NCBI GenBank assembly: GCA_963758915.1 | Contig: CAVWXH010000009.1 | Location: 237,712-301,711 of the forward strand | Direction of reading: 5' to 3' | Source of the DNA: an uncultured Methanomicrobiales archaeon | Lineage (GTDB): Archaea > Halobacteriota > Methanomicrobia > Methanomicrobiales > Methanospirillaceae | Length of the DNA stretch: 64,000 nt | Shown here: positions 1 to 11,386 of the stretch, piece after piece | Layout of the letters: each line of letters starts with the position of its first letter | Position numbering within the stretch: the first letter of the stretch is position 1 | The notes under the pieces: generated by a model | Databases searched by the model: none | What the model was told of the DNA's origin: nothing | The model's input: only the letters and a program-made list of their open reading frames with translations | Position numbers and translations under genes: made by a program

Positions 1-38
1 AGAATTAATCAATCGAAAAAAAATCATTTGGATATTTC

Positions 39-653
39 TCATCCAAGCACTATCCAATACAGCAGGACCAGATCATCGTAGTCGATATAGCCATTGTGGT
101 TGTAGTCGTAGGGTGCAACACCCACATCGTATTGAGCTGAAATCCAGTCCATGTTCTGGTAATAAACGACAACATCATCGTAGTCGATATAGCCATTTCC
201 GTTGATATCCTCAATGAGGTAATCGCCGTTTGTATCGGTTGGTAAATTCGTGTAGCCTGGGAAAGGCTTCACAAGCGGCGTTACGTTGATATAATTCTGC
301 TTGGTGCTTGTTGCCTGTGTGTAGGCATTGCTAACTGTTAGATTCACGGTATAATGACCGGGCCCATGATACCTAGCCACCGGGTTAACCTGCGTTGAAG
401 AGACGCCATTACCAAAGGTCCACTGCCACGATGAGGGCACGGGATTACCAGTCGAGAGATCTGTAAAAGAAATATCTAGTGATACATTGGTAGAGGCCAT
501 TCCAGAAGTCCTGTTTGCGTTGAAGTCAGCAATGATAGGACTATAGACATTTATCTGCCCATTCATTATTGCCGGATTAACGATACCGCCACCATCTGCA
601 TCCATCGCGAACTGAACTGAGGGTAATCGGACTTGTTCCCGGTACATCCCCAC
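39..653 (-). CDS. C-terminal part of giant secreted surface protein: PKD domain + dockerin (joined by frameshift to 681..5422)
   Basis: PKD motif (ADFNAN...FTDLSTG...SWQWTFGNG...NPVARY...YTVNLTVSN) followed by two Ca-binding dockerin loops, DINGNGYIDYDD and DYNHNGYIDYDD. No signal peptide of its own. Confidence 0.8.
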   Translation of the reverse strand: MGMYREQVRLPSVQFAMDADGGGIVNPAIMNGQINVYSPIIADFNANRTSGMASTNVSLDISFTDLSTGNPVPSSWQWTFGNGVSSTQVNPVARYHGPGHYTVNLTVSNAYTQATSTKQNYINVTPLVKPFPGYTNLPTDTNGDYLIEDINGNGYIDYDDVVVYYQNMDWISAQYDVGVAPYDYNHNGYIDYDDLVLLYWIVLG

Positions 654-680
654 GCACTGTCACAGATGCTATTACTGTGT

Positions 681-2597
681 TTAGAGAACCGGCCTGAACC
701 AGATGTTGAGATCGACAGCACTGATTTTTACAGAACTAGCGGGTAAGGCACTAGTATTTGAGAGCCCCACCCATGACGGATAGGTAACGTTCACAATCTT
801 TCCAATATTTGGATCAGTCAGGGTAATTACCAAGTCATAGCCTGCGATACCATTGGGTAAGGAATTCATTACAAGTTGGTACTGTGCATTTCCTGCCCGA
901 TGGGGATGTTGTCCAGCCACCGGGACCAGTGACAATGTTGGGGAAGAGGGTTGTGTACTAATTGGAGTCAGGGTGATTGATGCGACCTTTTTCACAACTT
1001 TGCCCCCTGTAACATTCTGCCCGACTAACCGGAGTGGCCAGCTGTCGCCGGTCTCCGCAAGAAGGGTTCCGTTAAGTGAATTGGCAATAATGTAATTGTT
1101 GCTGCGGATTGTGTTCCTGCTGTTAACGGTAACAGAATACCCGTCTGTGGCAGTAATAGTGACGTTATACCCTGCCTGGGCCTTTGTTTCGTTGTAGGAG
1201 TTGCTTGAATGCTGGTCGGCATCGTCAACAAATCCGCAGAGGAACCAGAGTGGCATACCAGACCAGACACGGCTGCTGCTATCGGTGTAATTGACCTCGT
1301 GGTTTGATCCGAACTGGCATGCAAGTGCCTGTTCAAAGTAGACCTTGCCGATGGTAGAGTTGAGTCCGCCGATATCACGCCCGTCAAGCATGAGGTTCCA
1401 GTCTGATGCAGGTGACGAATAGATCTTCACCGTTGTGACCAGTTTTGCCGAAGTCCCGGCACAGGACGGGTAGTTGACCCCATTCTGCGTGTTATAGTGC
1501 CAGTATGCCGAGGGGAGTGACTCATGCATGTCCCACTGACCGTATACGTGGTCGTCGGGCATGAAGAAGAGCCGCATCCCGTCCTGGTAACCCGGGACAT
1601 ACTGACCGTCCGCATACCAGGCGAGGATTGCATCTCCCTGGCGTGCCTGGACTGCCGGGTTTGTGTATATGGAGGAATAGGGCAGGGTCGTTTCGTACCC
1701 GTCACTCGCGATGAACTTGATATCGGTTCCTGATCCCATGCCACCGACGAGGTTACACAGGTCCATAACCCTGCTTCCCTTCACGGCATTGGAAATCTTG
1801 TATCCGCCGGGGTATGTCTCCTCAGGGTCCCAGAGGTTGGTCGGGACCAGCGTGAGCCCTTCGTATTTGTACAGGGTTGTGCCATCTCCCACAACCGCGA
1901 GGTTCTGCTCCATCCACTCCCGGGTTACGGTTGTCTCGTTGACAATGGTAACGCCATCTGCTGCATATTTAATGATATGGAGCGGTGCTGCAGTCGTCGG
2001 AGTCTGGAACTCGGTAAGTTCAATCTCCACGACATTTCCGACACTGTTTCCACCGGTCGCACCTGATCCGACAAGCCTGAGTGGCCAGGGGGGATGACTG
2101 CCGGTGGTAGGTAATGCTGCACCATTCATCACATTGGCGAGAATGTAATTGTCATTCTTGCCGATCGCAGCGCTGGTAAACTCCTTGGAGTATCCATCCC
2201 CGGCTTTTACAATTACTTTGTAACCAGCTGATGCAGCGGAATCATTGAAACCGTTTGAACCATGCGGGATCCGGTCATCAACCCATCCCATCAGGCGCCA
2301 AAGGGGAATACCCGTATACACATTGCTGCTGTCATCTGTATAGGTTGACTGGTGGTGGGCGATCCATTCTTCCAGTTCGGGTTGTGTGATCACATCGCTT
2401 ATCCGACCCTTAAGTGTCAGGCTGTACGCTCCGGCCGGGTAGGACGGGAGTCCTTCGAGGCGGATTGTGGTAATATTGCCGACACGCTGGCCATTCGATG
2501 TGGTTGCCGGACCGACAAGTTTGAGGTGGCCGTTCGATCCTGATAATGCGCTCCCATTTAACGTGTTGGCCACGATAAAGCCGTCGTTATGGCTCAC
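681..2597 (-). CDS. Middle/C-terminal part of giant surface protein: molybdopterin-oxidoreductase-like repeats, a 'KYAxDG...WMExNL' domain and a cohesin-like domain
   Basis: Repeats GIPLWRLMGWVDD...GYKVIVKAGDGY...NYILAN.MNG...WPLRLVG. Cohesin-like start NSLPNGIAGYDLVITLTDPNIGKIVNVTYPSW. The ORF begins mid-repeat, so it is a frameshifted continuation. Confidence 0.75.
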   Translation of the reverse strand: MSHNDGFIVANTLNGSALSGSNGHLKLVGPATTSNGQRVGNITTIRLEGLPSYPAGAYSLTLKGRISDVITQPELEEWIAHHQSTYTDDSSNVYTGIPLWRLMGWVDDRIPHGSNGFNDSAASAGYKVIVKAGDGYSKEFTSAAIGKNDNYILANVMNGAALPTTGSHPPWPLRLVGSGATGGNSVGNVVEIELTEFQTPTTAAPLHIIKYAADGVTIVNETTVTREWMEQNLAVVGDGTTLYKYEGLTLVPTNLWDPEETYPGGYKISNAVKGSRVMDLCNLVGGMGSGTDIKFIASDGYETTLPYSSIYTNPAVQARQGDAILAWYADGQYVPGYQDGMRLFFMPDDHVYGQWDMHESLPSAYWHYNTQNGVNYPSCAGTSAKLVTTVKIYSSPASDWNLMLDGRDIGGLNSTIGKVYFEQALACQFGSNHEVNYTDSSSRVWSGMPLWFLCGFVDDADQHSSNSYNETKAQAGYNVTITATDGYSVTVNSRNTIRSNNYIIANSLNGTLLAETGDSWPLRLVGQNVTGGKVVKKVASITLTPISTQPSSPTLSLVPVAGQHPHRAGNAQYQLVMNSLPNGIAGYDLVITLTDPNIGKIVNVTYPSWVGLSNTSALPASSVKISAVDLNIWFRPVL

Positions 2598-4386
2598 AAC
2601 CTGGCTGGTGAAGGTCCTGTTGTAAGTCGCCAGCCATCACCCTGACGGTATATCCTCCTGTGGCACGGGTATCGTTAAACGTCCAGTGACTCGATGGTCT
2701 CAATATCATCAACACTGCCGACCAGGTCCCAGAGGGGACACCAGTCCAGACTGATCCACCGGCATCAGTATAGGTCACATTATGGTGGCAGACAATTGCC
2801 TGTTCGAAATACTGCTGCGTGATAACGTCAGTTACATCCCCTTCCATGGTCAGGGTCCAGCCTGCTGCCGGTTGTGGTAGGCCGACGAGTTCAATTTCAT
2901 TGATTCCACCGACCTGCTGTCCACCGAACACGCTCGATCCCTTGAGCATCAGGGGCCAGCAGGGTTTGCCACCAGGCGTAGTTGTCGGGAGGGCCGTGCC
3001 ATTCAGGGTATTGACTACGAGATAACCGCCATCCCGGGCAATATCTGCGCTGGCGAGGCTCGTGTCCCAGTCAGCAGCTTTTACTTTTACCGTGTACCCC
3101 TGGGTAGCGAGTGCGTCATTGAATGTGTAGTGACCACTGCTTTCCTCGTCATCAATCATGCCAACAAGGACCCAGAGCGGAATTCCTCCCCAGACACTGC
3201 CATTCGTATCTGTCCAGGTCACGTTATGGCCAGACGGGACACAGGCGAGTGCTTCCTCGAACTGGGCCTTGGTAATAATCCTGTTTACTTTGCCCTTCAT
3301 TGAGAGGGAATAGTCGGTTGAAGGTTCACCACCGGTTGAGACCGTTATCAGTGCTGCAGCGATTGCATTTTGCGGGGTGACAGGTTTCACACCGTAATAG
3401 AAATTGACATGATCGCCATTGGCAACGGTTTTTATGTTGAGCCCATCAGTGGAGGGGAATCCGTAATCATCCAGGGTAACCCCGTTTACCTGGCAAATCC
3501 AGGTCTTTCCTGCTGTTTTATTATAGTCGTAACTCCCGATACCATCGAGCAGGAAGTACCCTTGAGTCCCGAAGTTCTTGTCCGAAATTTTGAAGGATAA
3601 TCCCGCACCATTCAGCGCCCCGAGTGGGGTGGTTGTGTTGATATCATAGGATGCACCTGAATTGTATGCCACTTTATTGAAGGTTCCTGTGCTAAGGGAG
3701 ACGGTGCCGCTATAGATTGTGTCCACTACCGGTCCCGCAGATGTGACATTAATATAGTTACTTTTCAGCGTTGAATTCGAGCCTGCGGCATTGCTTACCG
3801 AGAAGTTCACCGAATACACGCCTGCAGCGGAATACGTGTATACCGGGCTTTGGATTGTACTGTCGATAGTCCCATCGTTATTGAAGTCCCATGACCAGGT
3901 GGACGGGGACCCTGATGATGCATCAGTGAACTGGACCTGTAGTGGCGCAGCCCCCATTGTCATATTTGCGGCGAAGTCAGCGACAGGTGCGATCGGGGCT
4001 GCAGGGAGCCCAATCAGTCGGATTTCGGTGATATTTCCCACGCTGTTGCCACCAGTCGGACCGGAACCAACCAGTTTCAATGCCCACCAGATTTTTGAAG
4101 GGTTTGTCGGATCTGTAAAAGGAATTACTGTGCCGTTAAGCGTGTTTGCTACGATATAATTGTTATTGCTGGCAATGGTGGAACTTGTAAAGGTCTTGTT
4201 GAACCCATCCGCAGCCCTAACCTGGACTGAGTAACCCATAGAAGCCCGCGTGGTGTTGAAATTGTATCCGATTATCAGCGTCATCAACTGCTCCGACAAG
4301 ATACCACAGCGGAATACCCTGCCAGGTGCGCTGATTAGTGCTATCTGTCCAGCTGGCACTCGGGCCACTTGTAACGATTGCTTCAA
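2587..4386 (-). CDS. Middle part of giant surface protein: Moco-fold-like repeats, PKD, DUF4430-like domain
   Basis: PKD (VQFTDASSGSPSTWSWDFNNDG), DUF4430-like segment (TPLGAL...WICQVNG...GDHVNFYYG) and repeats with GIPLWVLVGMIDD. True frame is entered near 4270. Confidence 0.75.
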   Translation of the reverse strand: MKQSLQVARVPAGQIALISAPGRVFRCGILSEQLMTLIIGYNFNTTRASMGYSVQVRAADGFNKTFTSSTIASNNNYIVANTLNGTVIPFTDPTNPSKIWWALKLVGSGPTGGNSVGNITEIRLIGLPAAPIAPVADFAANMTMGAAPLQVQFTDASSGSPSTWSWDFNNDGTIDSTIQSPVYTYSAAGVYSVNFSVSNAAGSNSTLKSNYINVTSAGPVVDTIYSGTVSLSTGTFNKVAYNSGASYDINTTTPLGALNGAGLSFKISDKNFGTQGYFLLDGIGSYDYNKTAGKTWICQVNGVTLDDYGFPSTDGLNIKTVANGDHVNFYYGVKPVTPQNAIAAALITVSTGGEPSTDYSLSMKGKVNRIITKAQFEEALACVPSGHNVTWTDTNGSVWGGIPLWVLVGMIDDEESSGHYTFNDALATQGYTVKVKAADWDTSLASADIARDGGYLVVNTLNGTALPTTTPGGKPCWPLMLKGSSVFGGQQVGGINEIELVGLPQPAAGWTLTMEGDVTDVITQQYFEQAIVCHHNVTYTDAGGSVWTGVPSGTWSAVLMILRPSSHWTFNDTRATGGYTVRVMAGDLQQDLHQPGCEP

Positions 4387-5422
4387 TTTGTGCTTTTGTG
4401 AGAGTAACTGAATGATCGCCGGTTAACAGGAGAGAGTATTCAGGGGAGACTGGAGAATTAACAACAATATAACCGGTTTTGATCTCGCTGTCGGTCCCCT
4501 GCACATTTGTTACCGTTAGATTTACGGTGTAAGTCCCCGCGGTAGTGTACGTGTAAGCCGGGTTCTGGATCGTGCTGTCAACTGTCCCGTCATTGGTGAA
4601 GTCCCAGGCATATGATAGTGTGGATGTTCCGGTTGATGCATCGGTGAACTGGACAGTAAGAGGAACAGTTCCACTAACCGTGTCCGCAGAAAAAGCTGCC
4701 ACCGGTGCGACAGGGGCGGGATCATTGCTGTAAATAAGTATCCTATTGGTGTTCTGCACCGAAAGGCCTGTTGCACTTGGTTGTCCAGGCTGGTAGTAAT
4801 ACCAGAATGCTTCAGGATAGGTTTCGTGCATATCCCAGAGCCCGAATACATTGAGTCCCCAGGGGTTGGTGGTAGTATCAGCAAAATTGACATTGCGCAT
4901 ACCCTCGTTATATGAACTGTCCACATAACCCAGATCAGCTCTGTACCATGTCAGAACAATTGGTCCTGCACGGGCAGGTGGTGAGTAAACGCTGGAATAT
5001 GCAAAAAATTTGGAGAAACCGTCAGATCCCATGAGTGTGACATTGTAATCGCCAGAATCCATACCCCCAACGAGATCACAGAGATCCTTTACATTCGTGC
5101 CTTTGGCAGCACCAAAATCTTTTGTCAATATGGCCGGATCGTTCTCTTCCGGATTCCATTTATTGGTGATACTTGCGTTAAATACAGGTCCCTGCACATA
5201 ATAATGAGTGAAACCGTCCCCATATACAGGTAGGTTAGTCTCCATCCAATGGAAGTCAACCGTTGTCTGGTTCAGGATTGTTGTCCCGTCATTTGCATAT
5301 TTAATGATCTGTACTGAAGTGGTCCCCGCTGCACTCGCTTGGGCGACAAATAACGTCATTACCACAATTAAAATGATAATTGGTGTCCATTTTCCTTTCA
5401 TTTTTTGATAAACCCCCACCAT
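4217..5422 (-). CDS. N-terminal part of giant surface protein: signal peptide, 'KYANDG...WMETNLPV' domain, PKD
   Basis: Signal peptide MKGKWTPIIILIVVMTLFVAQASA. The N-terminal domain is paralogous to those at 10542..11285, 14912..15832 and 15834..16703. PKD motif VQFTDASTG...YAWDFTNDG. Confidence 0.8.
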   Translation of the reverse strand: MVGVYQKMKGKWTPIIILIVVMTLFVAQASAAGTTSVQIIKYANDGTTILNQTTVDFHWMETNLPVYGDGFTHYYVQGPVFNASITNKWNPEENDPAILTKDFGAAKGTNVKDLCDLVGGMDSGDYNVTLMGSDGFSKFFAYSSVYSPPARAGPIVLTWYRADLGYVDSSYNEGMRNVNFADTTTNPWGLNVFGLWDMHETYPEAFWYYYQPGQPSATGLSVQNTNRILIYSNDPAPVAPVAAFSADTVSGTVPLTVQFTDASTGTSTLSYAWDFTNDGTVDSTIQNPAYTYTTAGTYTVNLTVTNVQGTDSEIKTGYIVVNSPVSPEYSLLLTGDHSVTLTKAQIEAIVTSGPSASWTDSTNQRTWQGIPLWYLVGAVDDADNRIQFQHHAGFYGLLSPG

Positions 5423-5593
5423 GAGATCGTGGATTTATGGAAATTGTATCAATACGAGTGACTAAAAATATTGTGTTTTATTTTTTAACTATGTTAAATT
5501 AGTTAATTATACTAGAATAATTTGAAATAACAAATTACTAATAAATATAGATAAAAATCTGTTAAATTGTTGAAAATACCAACAGGAGATAGA

Positions 5594-6658
5594 TTGAAAC
5601 ATAGAGTTGCTTTTATTGTGTTAATTATTTGTTTATTACTCGGTAGTGCCTTAAGCGACCGACCGGCAAACGCGACAAACGAAGTCCAGGGAATTATCAC
5701 GAGCACGAACATGGAATGCCTGGGAATAACAACTGAAACAGATCTCATTTCTTGGTCCGTGGAAGCCCCGGCGCGCCCGAAAGACTATGCAACAATAAAA
5801 TTCGGGATAGTCGGCCTTCCACCAAACCTCTATTCTGCAATTCGCCGGGTTTCAGATGGAACAATCGTAGCGAAAACAAGTGGTAGCGGGACAATAGCAT
5901 CAACTCTTAACGGAGACCTCTACCAGTTCGGGTATACCAATGGAATCATATTCTGGCCTGTAGAAAGTGGAACTACGTTATCCGACGGATCTGCTTACAA
6001 CGCACAGTATGATCTTACCCATGGATTCGGCATCGGTAATTCGTTAATGGACCCTGAAATGGTGTATTATTCGGCAGGTTACAATGAACAGACCGTTGCA
6101 GTGTCAGGAAAAACTACCTACATTAAGTCTATGGCGTTATCAACCGCCAATAAAAATTCTGGCGAGAGCAATATCAAGTCCACAAAAAGTATCCAGTTTG
6201 TCGGGACCAATTCAGGAAGGATAACTTCATCCGAAGACCTCCTTGTTGACGGATCAGGTACCTGGTCACGAACCGGAGACAGTAATCTCTGTCCCGTTTG
6301 GCTCGCAGGATTCGGAATTTATTCCAGCCTTTTGTAATATTGCACAGGCAGGAAGTTCTATTGATATGAATCTCGTGTCCATGACAACCGATATAGATAG
6401 CAGGTTTATAGCAGCCAATTCCGCTGATTCCAGTGGTACTTAATTATGATATCAGTGCAGGGGGTTTAACACGGTAATGGGTATTCTCCTGCAACCGGGT
6501 CAGTTTCTGCATTTATTAAGGTCCATACGCAGGAAGCGAGGGGTAATATCTCCAAAAAGTCAGAGGATCTTTCATATTCTGAAATATCTTCAGCGAACGG
6601 ACTCATCAAACAATTTACCAAGAAAATGAATTATCAGTCAGGGACCAGACTGAATTAA
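5594..6658 (+). CDS. Secreted protein resembling the Methanospirillum major sheath protein family (frameshifted near 6290, 6430, 6470)
   Basis: GGAG then TTG start and a signal peptide. Mature N-terminus D.PANAT.EVQGI, then SEDLLVDGSG, LCP(F)...PAFCN...GSSIDM and C-terminal MNYQSG. Family recalled from memory. Confidence 0.6.
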
Positions 6659-6716
6659 CATCCTTTTTTATACCCTTTTACCGTTTTACTGTGACTGCGG
6701 TAGATCTGGATATTTT

Positions 6717-8084
6717 TCAGACAAAAATTCGGACTTGTTTTCCAAAAACCGGAGTTGGTCTCTTAATAAAATGACAAAGATTTATTTCCTGCGATGGCGG
6801 GATCTTTGTTATCAGCACCCTTTCTCCCACCATCCCTTCCGGTAACACAACAATCTGTTTATCTTTCACCTCTGCGACCGGGACAAACTCAAGCAAAACC
6901 TGTTGGGAATTCACAGTTACCCTCATGTAACCGAGTGTGTTCTCCCGGCTGTTGACGTAACCGGGGGGTTTGTCCGCGGAAAGTGCGTAGGAAGGCGCAC
7001 CACCGGTCGCGACCGTGAAATAATGGACCCCGTTCACCTGGAAATGCTCATACGCATGGACATGGGCAGAAAAGACAGCATCGACCCCCCCAGCGTTGAA
7101 TACTGGCCCCCATTTTTCCTGTATATCAGCATAACCACCCCAGTGATTGACCTCGGAGGTATAGAGCGGATGGTGAAGAAAAACGAAATTCCATGTTACT
7201 TTATTGTCAAGTGTGGCATTCAGCCATGAGTCCTGTGAAGATGCCACAACCGGCGAAACAGCATTACTATTGAGGGCGGTAAAGCGGGCATCACTGCACA
7301 TGAACGAATACCATGGGAGGCATGCCAAATCGTTCCTGATATACGGATAAGATTCCCTTCATGGTTCCCGGGAACCGGGTAAAAGGTCGTATTGGCAAGC
7401 ATGGGACCGGCAGCCTCAAAAAAACGCCCCCATTCACCCTCATCGGCAGGGTCATTGACGAGATCCCCGGTATGCACCACAAAAAGACAATCCGGTTCCT
7501 TCGCAATCCGTTGCTGCAACTAATGCATGGTGGGTCGACTGGTTCCACCTGGGCAGTTGTTCCCGTGTGTCACCATAGACGATAAACGTGAACGGACCAT
7601 CGAGGGACAGAGTCCGGAACGAATAATTCCCCGGGTTGTTCCCGATCCAGTACGAATAGCGCTGACCTGGCTCGAGGTTATTCAGTTGTACATGGTGAAG
7701 TATCGATGGGTTTTCCTCTGATACACTCTGGTCGGATATTCCAGGTGTTTTGATACCTGAATGGGCAAAACCAACACGGCCGATTGAAGGTTCCAAAGTC
7801 TTCCAATGGAGGATGGTGGAATTGTGAGTAGTGTTTGTAATGTAAGGTCCCCATACTATCACTTCATCCCCTTGGGACATCCCTTCAAAGTTGCCTATCA
7901 CCGGATCTGCATATGCAACAACTGGAAAAAGGATTGTAAGAAGAATCAGGGAAATTAGCATTCCCCTCCATTGGTATGCATACCAGCGCCCGTTGTAATT
8001 CATAGAGAGAGAATTGTATTTTTTACCACACTTTTGATCTGCGGGTAAATTATCCGGAACTGGAAGGTCGGTATTCATACCCAT
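6717..8084 (-). CDS. Secreted purple-acid-phosphatase-like metallophosphoesterase (two frameshifts near 7510 and 7340)
   Basis: FN3-like N-domain (GPYI...HHVQLNNLEPGQRYSY) and motifs YGDTR, HTGDLV, GNHE, LHHP, AHVH spread over three ORF pieces. Confidence 0.8.
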
Positions 8085-8093
8085 CCCCTCACT

Positions 8094-11000
8094 TCAGGCC
8101 ACACTCCCTTTTTCCTTAAACATCACGACCTCGCGGTGGCTCTCACCGGGTTTTACATTGACTTCGATCGTCCGGGTTTCACCATTACGACGCACAGTTA
8201 CCTGGTGTATACCGAGTGAAAGGTGTTTGAAGGTATACGGTGTGATTTCTCCTGTCACAATCCCGTCAATCAGGATATCGGCCGCAGGGGGCAGCTTTCA
8301 AGGGTAACCGGGCCGCTGGCATACGTATCCAGGATAAATGATACAGGTTTGCGGACAACTGGACTATCGGTGATCGGTATCTCCGTGATGGTTTCTCCGG
8401 GAATATATCCCGGCAGGGTGACAATTATCCGGTGCAGCCCTGTTGAAAGGTTCGGAATAACCGCAGGGGTAGTATACCCCGACCACAGGCCATCAACAAA
8501 TATTTCACCACCGGGCGGTGAAGATTCTACCGGTAATTTGTAGAGGGGGGGGCTTGAAACCGGAACCGCAATACTGTTTTCGTCCGAGGTAATAGCAAAC
8601 GGCCTGTATGAAAGGTACGCCCCTTCACGAATAACCGTAAAGAAATCATCAGGTCCGGTACATTCAATTTCAGCCGGGGTCTTCCTGATCGGATAATACC
8701 CGTTTACCGTGAATGAATACGAGGTATTATCAGGGGAATTAATCCGGATTTTTCTCGGAATATTGCCCGAGATCAGGTTAAAATCAGCAGTAGTGACCGC
8801 ATCAGCATATACCCAGACCCGGAGGGATCGTGATACAGTGGTCTTGTCCATCTCTGATGTCTGTCTCACTTCGACAATGTGAATGCCTTCTTTCAGCCCG
8901 TACACTACGGCAGGAAGGACCGCCTCAATTTTTTTCGTATCCACCCTGAGCTCTGCATCGGCCGGGTACGAGGTGATGTAAATACCCCCGCTGTGTGAGG
9001 CTGGTTTGCGTTGCAATGTTGTTCCGGGGTTATTTACCACATTTGGCTCCTTTTTTACTGCAATCACCGGGGATTCTGTTGGGTACCCTGTTACCGGAAC
9101 CGGAGTTATTAACGCAGAATTTTCCACCGGGAAAGAATCATCGCCCGTGGGAAATTCTCCTCGTAATGGATCTGCATGAGGGATCGATTCCGTTGAGTTA
9201 TCGGAGTGGGCGTCTTCAATAATTACATCATTAACTGAATTCCGGTCAAGGGGAACCATGTCGCCAACAAGGGAGAATAGAAACACGAATACCCGGTCGA
9301 GCGTATCAAAACCCCACGAAGAAAATTCCTTCGAGGTGGGTCCAGGTATTTTTTTCACCGGAACCGGCCCCGGGGTATTCCGGACAGGAGTAGTGCTTAC
9401 AACAGGGTTTGTTTTTCCTTGAGAACTGCTCACGTTTTCAGACTTCCCCGGTACCGTAGTATTGACTGAAGTCTGGGCCGGTACAGGTTTTTTCACCTGT
9501 CCATTCATAGTAAAAATCGCTATCCGGGTCTCACCATAGAGTACTGATGATTCATTGAGTATTGCCTGGATTGATGTATGCACTTGTGATCCTGCCTGGG
9601 GAGCAGGAAATGATATGGCAGCGGTCCGGACAGGACTTTTCGGGTCTGTAAATGTTCCGGGAAATGTCTCACCATTTATTGCTGCAAGGTAACGGGACTG
9701 GGTATCATACACCATACTGGTACTGATAAATTGGAGGTCTGCGTGAGAAAATGCGGATCCTGATGGTTCAAGGTAGAATTCAGCGGTCGTCTCCGCATCG
9801 TTGTTTTCCCTGCCGGGCGGTGCAGAAATCACATCTGCCCCTTCGTGGAGCCAGTACGAGATAGTGGGTCCATTTTCATTTCGGGAAACTACAACAAGCG
9901 CCGCACCTTCAAGTATACATGAAGTTCCAGGTGAGTTGTCCATGATAAGTTTTATTGTCTGCCCCGGTTTGGTAGAATTCGGCAGGATAAAGCAACTCGT
10001 TGTTACTAAACCGGATGTTGCATTCAGGCCATGGTCCCTGTATACACGGTCTGGGTTGATCGACGTTGTTCCCTGCACCACGATGAAAGATGGATCGGCT
10101 CCTGCTGCCCGGGTTATATCATAACCCGCTGATGAAAATACATAGAGCCGGATACATGTGATGTCCCCGGTCGTTGCCAGTAACGGGAGGGAAAATGTCT
10201 GTTCACCCCCACCTTTTACCGGTCCTTCCAATACCTTAACAGGCATTATCGAGATATTGCCACGGATATTCTCATGCCTGTAAAGGTCAAGTGTGGACCC
10301 CTCTGTGCCATATACGGTATTCTTATCTGATCCTAAACCATCAGATCCAGCTTCAGCTCCGCTTGCAGGGCCGGGAGACGTCTTTTGCAATGTAAAATCT
10401 GCAACGGATACCTGGTTAACAATCACATCAACCACCAGCGATTCTGGGATCTCGTATTCCTGTTTTTGTACATTCACAACATGTGGACCCAAAGAAACAC
10501 CCGTAATCTCCGCGGGAGTGAGCTTGCCGGTGTCCTCGTCATCAACGAGTATCGTTGCGCCAGCCGGCTCTGATGTAACACGGATCGTTCCCGATGGTTC
10601 TTCCTGGCTGAAAATTAAGAATTTCTCCCAAAGACTGGACGGAGACCCCGGTGGTGGTGGGATATTTTTCATTCCCGTTATAATAGTAATACCAGTATTT
10701 TTCGGCAGCACTTTCATGCCAGTCCCAGGCCCCCATCGCATGAATCCCCCACGGGTTGACCGAAGTATCGGCAAGGAAGACGAGGCGCATCCCGTCATTG
10801 TACGAAGGAACATATCCCTTATCTGCCCGATACCATGCGATGACCATCGGTCCCTGCCGTGAAGGGGGCTCATACACATTTTCGTAGGCAAAAGTTTTAG
10901 AAAACCCATCTGTTGCTGTCAGTTTCAGTTCATCACCCGAAACCATACCCCCGACAAGGTTGCAGAGATCCCTGACATCGGTACCTTTTATTGCACCCAT

Positions 11001-11285
11001 GTCCTTCTCCTGGACATTGGTATCTTCCGCTATGTTCCACCGGTCTTCAGGCCTATCCACAAATACCGGCCCCTGGAGATAGTAATGAGTTATCCCATCA
11101 CCTTTCACAGGCAGGTTTTGCTCCATCCAGCGGTAATCAATCCTTGTCTCGTTGAGGACCGTTGACCCGTCAACCGCATATTTTACGATATGGAGCTCCG
11201 TAGACGCGCCGGAAACGGTAATAGTCCCAAATGACAGCAGGAAAAGACATGTGAACGAAAGAAAAAACCACTGGTTGTGCTTCAT
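8094..11285 (-). CDS. Secreted/membrane protein: 'KYAVDG...WMEQNLPV' domain + PEGA repeats + DUF3344-like region (frameshifts near 10640 and 8290)
   Basis: ORF 10542..11285 (signal peptide + paralogous domain) runs into 8270..10909 (GTIRVTSEPAGATILVD, YITSYPADA, VESSPPGGEIFVDG PEGA motifs). The last PEGA repeat continues to TGA at 8094. Confidence 0.7.
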
Positions 11286-11386
11286 GACATGGACCCAAAC
11301 CTGCGGGATCAGAGAATGATCCCGATACCTGCTAGGTACTCAGGGATTGCAATAAAAGAATATTATCTTTTAATGTCGTAAGTTAA

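Noticed and set aside
72-197. Exact 24-bp direct repeat ATCATCGTAGTCGATATAGCCATT (72-95 and 174-197)
   Set aside because: It encodes the two duplicated dockerin Ca-binding loops (NGYIDYDD), so it is not a CRISPR repeat or att site.
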